A DNA stretch of 32,000 nucleotides from Zygophlyctis sp. KS116 (lineage: Eukaryota > Fungi > Chytridiomycota). Location: contig BAAFSQ010000067.1 of assembly GCA_054661495.1 (NCBI GenBank), positions 1 through 32,000 on the forward strand. Direction: 5' to 3'. The notes beneath the pieces are model-generated. The model saw nothing but the letters and a program-made list of their open reading frames with translations. It searched no databases and was not told where the DNA came from. The position numbers and the translations under genes were made by a program. Positions 18,820-29,900 of this stretch are shown here, piece by piece; the first letter of the stretch is position 1, and each line of letters begins with the position of its first letter.

Positions 18820-20887
18820 TCACTTTGAAGTTTCATCAAATAATACAAGTACAACTGATTCTTCAATCTCTGTTTCCAAACTCGTATCTTCATTTTTTTC
18901 ATGCGATTCTATCTTGATTGCCGTATTTAAAATTGGAACAATCGCTTCTAAATCTGCATTACTATTGTCTATTTCTTTTTCGGGATGTATCAAATCAGAT
19001 GTGGCTATTTCAGATGCAATATTTTCTGTGTCAGGTTCCATGGTGCTGCATATATTCTCTGAAGTGCTTGGCCCCGGCAAATCAAAAGCAGGGACTGATT
19101 CCGTCGAGGGGTTCTGCTTGGCTTCAATATAAACTTCACTGTCACTACTAGTTGGTGATTGTTTTTTGATTAATTGATCGGGAATTTCTAAGCTATCTAA
19201 TTTTGGCCCGTCTTGTGGTGCGGCGCTATTTTGGGCCTCTTCTCCGCCCGAAATATGATCGTGCTTTCCATTATAGTCTTCAGAATCTACTTCTGAAATG
19301 CTATCGCTAGCAATGCTTTCTGAAATACCGATAGACTCGCCAGCTTCTTCATCAACAGGGACCAGCGACATTTCATCTTCCTTAATATGGTACGTGTTGT
19401 AAATATATTGAAGCGTTTCATAAACATTCCAAACAGGAACAGACATTTTTCTTCTTTGACTTTTTCCCAACCCAGTCCAGTCCTGAAAAAATTTGGGCAT
19501 TGGAGGAAGTTTCAAATTTAAGTTCATGGCATTCACTCCAAGAGTACTGACTTGTAAGGTGTCTTTTGAAATCCAACTCGGTCTTTCCGGAGAAAAAATT
19601 CCAGCAAATTGGATAAATACCAAATCTAGGCTATTCTCCAACGATTTTCCATTATCACCAATTTTGAAAATATCCATAATTACACAAATTGTTGTTAATA
19701 TTCCCAGATCTAGTCTCTGATGAAGTACCACACTTTTTCTTAATTTAGAAGTATCATTTTCCAAAAAAGAGATAAATTCACCATCTATTAAAGATTCCTT
19801 CTTTTAACCAATAAAATTAATACCTTGATTGATAAAAAGAAAATTAGCAGCAGTTGAACCAGAAGTTTAATATCAAGTGTTTCGATCATAGACCATTCTC
19901 CACAGTTTATTTTGGATTGCATTTTTGTAAACTCCTCGCTATTGACATGATAGTCCAAATGCTCAATTTCATCAATTATGATTACCCGATTTTCCTGTAT
20001 CTGAAATAGTTCCTTGAGACGTTTAGAAATTAGATATACTGGCTTTGGAACCCACCTTTAAATTAGAAAAAAACTGCAAGATATAAAGGCCTTTTGACCA
20101 AATATTTTTCTTACATACCTTAGCTTTCTTTGCTCTTTGCCATGAAGGCATATACTCTGATTTTGAAGAATATCCAAGAAAGTTTGAGATGGAGTAGAAA
20201 TCATTCCTGACATCATCATTTGGGGATAATAAAACCGAAGCTTTGTCAAATACGTTCGAAATACATCTAAAAATGCAGTCTGTTTCTTATTCTGAATTGA
20301 TCCTGGTCTGGCCAATCTCACTAGCTGCTGAGCCTCTATTGGAGTCATTTGCTTATCGAATATAAGATACGATGCAATTAATAGTCCAGTTCTTCCCAAT
20401 CCCGCATGACAATGGACTGCTACCTTTTTTCCTGATCCAATGAGAAAGGACATTAACTGCACAGCCCCTAGTATAAGTTCGCAATGTGGAATATCCATAT
20501 CAACCCAGCCATACTGCAGATAAGATATTCCTGATTCCATCCAAACTTCTGGTACATAGCTGAAATCACTACCGGGATCTAGCCCATCACCACAAGCCAT
20601 GTGCTCACCAGGCTGCTGTAGATTGAAAATTGCACCGATACCTGCCTCCTTAAACTTTCGAATTAAATTGTATTCCCTCATCAGTCGGGTAGAAGGGCGT
20701 TGCATAGCCAAAACATTATTCGTTATCCTAGCGGTAAGATATGATCATGATACCAGTTACTGTAAAGACCATCAAATGCATTGGTTCCTTGACCAACCCA
20801 AAGCTTCCAATTCTCATATTTGCAACCTGCTCCACCACAAAAGTAGCAGTGGATCGTAGAAAGTGATCCGGCTGGAGAAATACTCAT
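18820..20887 (-). CDS. PTPDC1: Protein tyrosine phosphatase domain-containing protein 1 (cilia-associated dual-specificity phosphatase), ~651 aa
   Basis: CGGAGCKYENW, GLYSNWITNNVLAMQRPST, IFNLQQPGEHMACG, FSYVPE, catalytic VHCHAGLGRTG, VRLARPGSIQ, LRWVPK, then an acidic low-complexity tail. Introns 20728-20753, 20056-20118 (63 nt) and 19801(or 19798)-19823. The exact 3' end is less certain. Confidence 0.88.
20056..20118 (-). other. 63-nt GT-AG intron, the only intron above 32 nt found in the window
   Basis: Needed to join RKLR to WVPKPVY; begins GTATGT and ends CTAATTTAAAG. Confidence 0.75.
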
Positions 20888-20948
20888 AAACAAATAATTG
20901 TCAAGTGGCGTTCAGGGTGGCTCAAGTGCTATTTAATGTAAATCAGCT

Positions 20949-23900
20949 TTAAGAATCTGTATTTAAAACTAATGCTACGCCTTGCAAAACCCAGTGGGAT
21001 ATATGATCATTGGTACTAAGATCTGCATCAAAGACCCATCCAATTCCTGACGCATTACGTCTCATTTGAGTCGTGTAAACTGGTGCTCTGAAAGTGTTTT
21101 GTAATTTTAATCTAGTGGCTTCTATTGGAATAATTCGCAATATTGGGAGTTCAGAAACCAATTTTCCGCCACCTTCCAATAGTGCAAGCGCACCTCGCGA
21201 TCTATCCCAAGCTGCACCTTCTAAATACAGTCCCTGTACATAGCATCCAGAAGGATGGCGGTCCAGTATTTCTTTAGGATCCACAAAACTTGTGACTTGT
21301 GTGTATAGCGTTGATCGATCAAGAGCCCAACCATTTTTGCGGCAAGTTGTCTGTACAAGAGCAGTAATATAAGCCTCAGGCACATGAAGTCCAGAGAGCC
21401 ACATCACAATTGGTTCACCATTCTTTACCCATGAAGAATATTGCTGGTATCTTCGCTCAAAATGCTGCATCCAGGAACTCAAGCCTTTTTCAGTTTGAGG
21501 GGCCAAGCTTCTCCAGTGTGGGGGTAGCACCCCATTAAATAAAGAGTTAGAAAGAATGTCCAAATTCGCACCCATGCCGATTTCACCTTTCAAAGCCCTT
21601 CTTAGATCCCTTAAAGAAATCGACATTGCTCTATATAATTAATACTTTAAAATTATTACTCTACGAGCGTATTCCATCTTTCTAATTCCTGCAAAAGAAC
21701 CACTTGCGTTGGAGAAGGTGTTCCCATCGCCTTATATATTCTAGGAACATCAAAAGCTGGCGGCAGTTTGGCTTGCACATCTGATGCTATAGATCCTATG
21801 AAATCTTCCCTACTGATACCACCAGCTGCCTCAGAAGTACGGGGCTGCAAAGAAATTAGCTGAGACCAAATGTCTTTCACGGCCGTAGTAAGATATCCAA
21901 TTTCTGCATCAGGATGCAAACCAAAGACATCAGGGGCATTAGTAAGTGGCAGTCCATCAATTACAACAATATAATCATCTCTTGAGCTGTACATAGGTAA
22001 TTTGTATTGCACCATGTTGTTAGAAAAGAAACTGAATGGCTGATATGGATCGAAGATAAAATCACCCAGATATTCATCAAGATAAGTCATCAAGACCCTT
22101 CGATCATAATCATCGGTTACTCTTCCGCCATATATTGTTTCTCCGATCAAATATTTCAAAGTTGTCCATGGTATTTTACCATCTTTTGATGTCGCAGCCT
22201 TATTAAGGTAAGTTCTTAAGATAGTATTTCCTACTCTAAAATCAGACTCATTAAAATCATATTTCACATTCCATCCAATCTTCCCATATTTCCCACGCTC
22301 CTGAACAACAGCATGGAAAAATGCCAATACATAGACGAGTGATCTAAACGACTGTGAGAGACAGTCTTCCAAGTGATGTTCAGTGAGTTTGTAGTAGCTA
22401 CTTCTTAGATTTAGTTTTAAGCCATTAGGTGGTTCGGTTACTACTTTTAATGACTTTTGCAAAATGCCAATAGGAAAAGATGGGGTGGGCTCAGTTGTAA
22501 GCCATAGCCTGAAGTCTTTATGTGGTCTTTCAATCTTTTCTAATACCTTTTCCAACGTCCGCAGCCAGCCAACCAATAGATGACAATTTTGTAGCATCAA
22601 CCATTGTCCACGAGCAACAGCCGTTTCGAGTAACTGTAAAGCAACGGGAGCCTGCCCCTGTCCAAGAGACAGGAATTTGAGCTTGTTTCCACCAAATCCT
22701 AAACTTTCTGCTAATTTTTGTAAATCACTTTGAGGATCTGCACCGGGCGATAAAATAAATACAACGGGGCTTAAAGGGGTTGACTGATCAAATATGTTTT
22801 GAAAGTTGATCACAGGGGGCATAACGAACCTTTCACCCATGTTTTTGATTACAAAATTTGTAATTGAGTTATATACACGATCAATTCTGAAGCAACGCAA
22901 AAGGCAAAGCTGTTGAAAGATATTAAGGCGCTGAGAATAATCCATCGGTAATTCGGACGCTTCAGGTGCCTCTAATTTCACCCATTCTCTCCAGGATTTT
23001 TCATTATCGCGAACGTGCTGCGGAAGTAACCCAAAATTGGCATTTAAAGTCGAGAGTTTCAAAAGATCTTTCCAGCCTTGATCCGATATCCATGAAAACG
23101 GCTTTTTAATAGCGGGCTGGTCCAGCGAAACATTTCCTTTTAGGAAAAAGTCGAGCTCGATTAAGTCAATCAATCCTTCAGCTTCTAAGATTTTAATAGT
23201 GATCTGGAAAGAAAACATGAGTTTATGTTTTTCAAAAAGACCAGTGCATCCATAGTTATAGACGGTATATCGTAAAGTATCAATTATTTTAGTCAACCTT
23301 TTGCTGAGAACCGTGTCAGGTTTTGCTTTATGAAGAGAAATTATGAAAACTTCAAGAAATGATTTCAGCGAATATTCATACATAGGATTAATTGCTGACA
23401 AATCAGCCAGAACAAAGAATAAAACAGCACCGCATTTTGCGACAGGCCTATAAGCATCTCTTGATATCTCCACTTCTTTAGAGGTTTGATTGGCTAACAC
23501 TAATTTTTGGGCAACCTCGGTGGCTTTTGCTTTGGTTTCCTCAAGTGTTCGAATTAATTCAACATTATCCAGCATTAAACCTGTTGAAGATGCCAATTCT
23601 CGAAGCAAAGTATCTTCCAAGTCTTTAAGTAAACTCTTGTTTTGACTAACTTCGACCACAAGCTTTTCTTTCATTTCTTCCAGCTCCTTTCTTTCATGCG
23701 CAACAACTACATTCAATAGCTGATCACTAAGTCCCTTAAAAGTCACACTGTAATTTATAACAATGGCAGAACCGAAAACTTTTGGTGTGTAAATCGGATT
23801 AGCGATTTTGGTAGTCAAGTAGAGTCTGAAATTGGGATCATAGTCAATTTCCTTGTCACCAAGCACAATGTATTTACGAGATCCATTAACTTTCACATTT

Positions 23901-26900
23901 TTTTCAAGTATATTGTCGATTACTGGATCAATATACTCATCAACATCTTCAAATAGAAAAGGAAATCCATATGTTACAGCCATTTCTAAATGTTTTAAAA
24001 AGTCTGGATCACTAAATGACGAAATTTTCAGATTATTAGCTGCTTCCTTCTTTTTTATCCATGAGATAGCTTGTTGCTGAGGATCTATACATAGCGGAAA
24101 TCGTGAAGCCTTTGTAGTGAGTATTCCATTTTGGATGGAAAGCTCGTCAGCAGGTAAGCCTTCAGATGCCCACTTACTTAATTCCACATCTGTTACCATA
24201 AGCTTTTCAATTCGAAAGCTGGGACTTATAGGGACATCTTTCATTTTAAGATCATTATACCAGGATTTATAAACCATTTCAGTACGTAATTCCCAATTGA
24301 AAGCGCCTGCATATGACATAAATCCTGAAATTAACAAGCAATCTCCGAGAAGCTGTACTCGTTGTTCTTTAAGGGATTCTAAGTCCTTAGCCCATCTTGT
24401 CCTCTCTGATCCTAGTCCAGAGATCAATTTATCTGCAGCTATTAGTCTCCTTTCCATGAGCTCTGCCATTTCTTTCAATTCCATCTGTTCCGTTTTAGCT
24501 TGATGGAACTGTGTTTGAAGAGTTTGAAGCTCTTCACTGATACGCTTCAGTTCTCTAGTAATTTTATCAAACTCCATCTTAGAAATTGCAAGATTTTTTT
24601 CGAGGGTGGCGACAGCCATTCTTTTTGGTTGAATAAGCTTAGCAACGTTACAGTATCCAACAACCGCCAAGACAAATCGAAGTAGACCTGAACCAGCAGC
24701 TGATATTTCAGTCATCCTAGGGACTGTGACGTCCATCTCTCGTAAAATAGTCTTCACAGCTTTAATTTGATTTCCTGTGATACCATCAACATCAAGAGCT
24801 TGCAAAGATGTCTTAAAATCTGTTGCGGACATCATACCTTTAGCGCTTTTCCAAGAAGTGTCTTTGATGGCCTTAATTACACAGATGCATTCACAAACTT
24901 TTTGGACTTCCTTTGGAGGTTTTGCAAAAGACCTTATTTCAGTAATCTCAGAAGATGATAAATTTGCCAAAGCCATTCTAGCCTCCTCGAGAGCCGGAAG
25001 TGCTTCAGCTAATGCAACCTCTGCTTCTTCTTTGTCCTTTGCAATTTGTATATTTTGAGACTCGAGCTCTTTCTCTTTGCTTTCGGCCAGCGACTTTTTT
25101 TCTTCAGCCAATTTGGTGTTGACTGTTATAACCTCCAGCAGCTTGTTGCAGGCTTCTGTTTTATTTTTCACAGCGATATTTTGCTCTAAAGAATAACTAT
25201 TTAAAAAATACCTGCTAATTGAGCGTTCAAAACATCTAATTGCCGCGAGCTTTCTTCTAATTTATCTAACCCGGAACTCAGCCGGTTGCAAAGACGGCCG
25301 TTCTGCTGTCTATATTCTTGTAAAAGTGAATTGTATGAACTGATATAATCAAGATAGTTTTTGGGGGTGACAAAATTGTATCGGCGGTATTTTTGTTGGA
25401 AAAGAGTACTCATATCACCTACTGAAAGATGTACTTTGACCATATGAGAAACTATGGCCTCTTTATTCTCTACAGGAATTAAATCTTCTTTGAGAAAAGC
25501 GTCGGCCACAGCGAGCAGGGCTTGTTCGGGCCACTGATGATTAAATAACGAAAAATCACCTGCGGGAACCAATTGATCATGGTATTATTAACCAATCCGG
25601 GAAATGATCTACAACGATCACGCAACTTTTCGCCTTGTGGAGACATGCAGAGAACTATATGCAGGTTATCAGAGCACTTGCCAATAAAATAATTCCACAT
25701 TGCCTCTCTACTTTGAATAATTCCTGAAAGCTTATTTGTTTAAAATCTCACCTAACTTTGCGCATTCATCCCTTACTGAATTTAATATTTGATCCTTTTC
25801 TTCATCCTCATACAGAGCTGGAACCATACCAGTTGTTAGCATATTGTTAATAAGCTCAAGAAAACTTTCTTGCACCACATGGGCGTCGGTAAACAAAAAT
25901 ACTGTCTTTTTTCCAGATCCTAACTGTGCGTACAAGTTTTTCAGCGTTTCTCTAAATTCATATTCACCATATCCACGACTAAGAGTTATCTCAAATACAG
26001 AAAAAGATGCTGTGAAAGCGGCAAGTTTAGTTAAACTACATTTAGAAACTTCAATTAGAACTTACCTCTGCTTCCCTGATCCACCAACTCCTACAAGTAG
26101 AGCATGGCCCCGCTTCATTCGGATAATTCTGTGGATTCTAGTTAGATGCTCCAGAGCATCATCAAAAAGAACAAGATTCATTGGGCGAACTTTTTCATTG
26201 AATTCCGCCAAAATTTCACGGAAAATCGGCCTCACAGCTCCAAAATCCAATAAATCTTCATAAAGTCTAGCCTGATCTTCTTGCAAACTATTTCTGAAAT
26301 CACCAAATAATATAGGGTTTTGGCATATATTTTCTTCTTGAGCAGGAAAATTATCCAACACAAGGCGATTGATTAATTTTGAGACATATGAACGATCTAC
26401 ATCATTTATCAACCGGTCATAGAAGACTCTCAAAGATTCATTTCGCCAAAGTCTTACGAACTGGCCTATCAGATGGAAAAAATCAGGAGTTGCTTGACAT
26501 AAACCACAATATACCCTTGAAATATCCCGCAAGTTAAATATGTAATGAAATTTGCTCGGTGTAGGAAGCAGAGTTTTAGAGATTTCAGCGTAAAGCCGAA
26601 GAGTCATTTCAGTCAGTTTCCCAGATATATTTTGAATTTCGCCAGAAAAAATACTTGTATGGCCTTTTAGGATACTCGAGTAGATAGTGGTTAAACTTAG
26701 CTCCTTTGGGAATGTGATATTAAATACAGAAAAAAGAGAGGCAAATCTTGGATCAATTTCGTTATGTCCTCCACCTGGGCTGCACATAGCACCGACAAAC
26801 TGAAGATCCTTAATATTTTTCCAATTTAATTCCTTTCCTCTATCATACAACCCACCTCTTTCAATTAATAGTTTGAGCAAGGCGATGGGTTGTTGGGTGC

Positions 26901-29900
26901 CGTAAGTATCTTTAGAAGGCATATTTAAATCATCGATGAACAAAATAAGCCGTTTTCCTCCAGGAGGTCCATATGTATCTTTAGTTCGTTTCTCCACATT
27001 TGCTTCTAAGTTTCTTTGTACATCCAAAGAGCTAGTTCTAGAAGAAAAATTAACATTCAAAACTATATTGGAATCAGAAGGCAGCTGCTTCAGATAGTTC
27101 TGAACCGTGATGGTCTTGGATGTACCCACGTCACCAACAAAAAGAGCCGGTCTGCGTATGCTCATTGTTTTTTTTAGAATCCAAGTATGTCTAACAGTAT
27201 CCATGGTAGGCACCAAGATTTCATTGAATGCAACATTTCGATCATGTTCATAGGCAGGAACGTATGAACTCCATGGTATCCAAGCATTTTCCGCTACATC
27301 AAAATGATAATCGTAGAAAGAAGCATATGCAGGAGGAATTTGTCCTAAGGGAATGGCAGAATCAGAGCTTCCATATTGCAATCCCGAAAGCTTCCCTAAT
27401 GCAGCAGAAAATTTAATCCGATCATCTTCAAGCAATGTGGCGCCTAATGACCAAGTAATAGATTGGATGAATACCGCTTCAATAGCAGATTCAACATGCA
27501 TAGATTTTATCTCATTTAGTTGAGTTTCTAGCAAATAGCACAACTGTACCACTGTAGAGAGCATAGTTACCGGAATAACTTTTTTCATAGGTTCTGCCAT
27601 AAATCCTTCGAAAGTTCCCTCTGATATATATTCTATCAAGGGTCCCACATACTTCAGAAATAATTTACCAAGGAATTCACTTTCGGCCTTATTTTGTCTC
27701 AAATTTAGCCACCTATTGAAATAAGGAATATATCCCAAGTTTTTTGGGTCCATGTAAACCATTCCACAACGCGATACGGTTGCAGGAGATGCATACTGCA
27801 AATCCCCGACTTCAAAAAGCAAAGAACATTGTTTTTGTAGACGGATACGTTCCCCATTCGGTAATGTTAGAAGCCTATTGTCATCCATGACAGAATTCAT
27901 ATTTTCCACCCAAACTGCGTCGACATCACCGTCAAATACGATATACTTTCTTTCTTTCTTTTCGGTTGGCTTATTAACATCCCTAAATATACTTGACAAA
28001 AGTCCGTCAGTCCAATCTCGAGTTACAGGGTCTAGAACGCCATAAAGCTCTGCAACAGTGACAGCTTTAGCATTTAAAATGTAAAGTTTAGTTGAGATCC
28101 CCAGTCTAGTCTGAGCCTTTGCCAATGTATCAATTACCACCGATTTTCCTCCACCAGCAGGACCGACTACCATAGTTGTATGACGAGTCAACATAGTTTC
28201 ATAAAGTTGAATCACCTTATCGATTTGTTCTGATACAGCAACATAATGTCCATCTTTTAAAATATCCTCAACCGCATCATTAAAGTTGGGATATCTTACT
28301 CTTGGACAATCTAATCCTGGGAATAAATCACCAATAAGACCTAAAAAGAGAGGAACGTCTTCGAAAACAAATTTCGGTAGATTCATATCACGAAGCGCTC
28401 GCATAAGAACTACGTCCTCATCCAAATCAGAGCCTCTTTTCAGAGATCCAGCCATCACCAAGACCGACTTTAAGGCTCTCAAACCAAAATCATAATGGTG
28501 TTGTTTTGATAATTGACCTCTGGCTAATCTATATAGGACGACCATTTTCTTCGCAAGATTTTTAGCAAGTATGAATCCCTCTGAAAATAACATTATTTCA
28601 CAAATCAGCTCTAAATCAGGCACAACCATTACAACAGGTCTAAACAGAGCTTTAAGATTATCAGGAAGTTCAGTTCGGCCAGCATACCCAGGGTTCATTG
28701 TAATAAATATCCCAGTTTTAGCATCCAAAGCGATCTCATTTCCTTCAAATTGAAACCTTTTTAGTCCCATAACCATCGCATTCTGAATTGTTTTGATCTG
28801 AGCAGAAATAACAGAAAGAACAGCAAGTTCAATTCTATTGAATTCATCAAAACATCCCCAAGCACCACTTTGTACAAGACCAGAAAATATTTTCCCCATC
28901 GCTTGATAATCCATTCCTTCACCGCAATTGGTTACCATGCACAGCAGTCCCAAAGCTTTAGCGAGATCCTTAACGGTTTCGGTTTTACCAGTTCCTGCAG
29001 GACCGGCGGGCGCACCACCCAATTTCATCGATAATGCCTGCGTCAATGTTAAATAGCACCTATCCGTTAAAGGGGTTATAACTAGCCGCCCATTGAGCCC
29101 CATGTACTAATCATTAAGAAGATATAGAAAGCTACCTCATGTCCATATTCAAAATTGCCGTTGCATTGTCGAACAATGAGTTCATCAGCACTTCTATCCC
29201 AATAAAATCTCAGCTGAGACTCCCATTCAAACTCATTCTCGTCCATAATCGAATCTCGCACAAAGCGATCAACGATATCTCTAGCATGTACATCGACGAT
29301 GATTTGTGCATTAACTTTTTTACGATCATTTGACGATAGGTCGGACCTAACTGATGCAACCAGTTGTTCAAGATCTTCCCCAAGAGACTTTGAAAATCTT
29401 TTCATGGCGAGCTTGTTGCCAGATTTAATTTTATGGAATACATCCTCAACCTGCCATGTCCACCAGACCTGCGCTCCAGCGAGGCCAACCATTCCCTGAT
29501 AAGTCATAAGCCAGGTCAAACGGTCCATATTAGCATAATGAAAGATAGCTTCTTTATGAATTGTCCGATTAGATTTTTTCATTTGATTTTCGACTGCCAG
29601 CATCCATTCTTCAACTCTACCATCAATTTGAACCGACTTTCGAAACTCCAGTATCTCTCCTTCAGAAGAAGACATACCCATTATAAACTTCTCATATTTG
29701 CCAGATCCAAAATTCAATTTCAGGACATTATCAAACATTTTAATTATATGTTCTTCACGTTAATCGATAAAAATACCTTGAACATTTTTCGGGTCTAAGC
29801 TACCTAAAATAGAGAGTAGTTCTTCATCAGAAATAAAGAAAAACCGCGGGAAAGCATTTCTTTTAGCCTCTAAATAGTCTGAAAGAGATTTTTGGCATGA

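Noticed and set aside
18748-18860. PTPDC1-FBXO36 fusion by splicing
   Set aside because: The GT..AG options I tried in or near the normal size range lead to a stop or the wrong frame, and the FBXO36-like gene has its own ATG at 18747.
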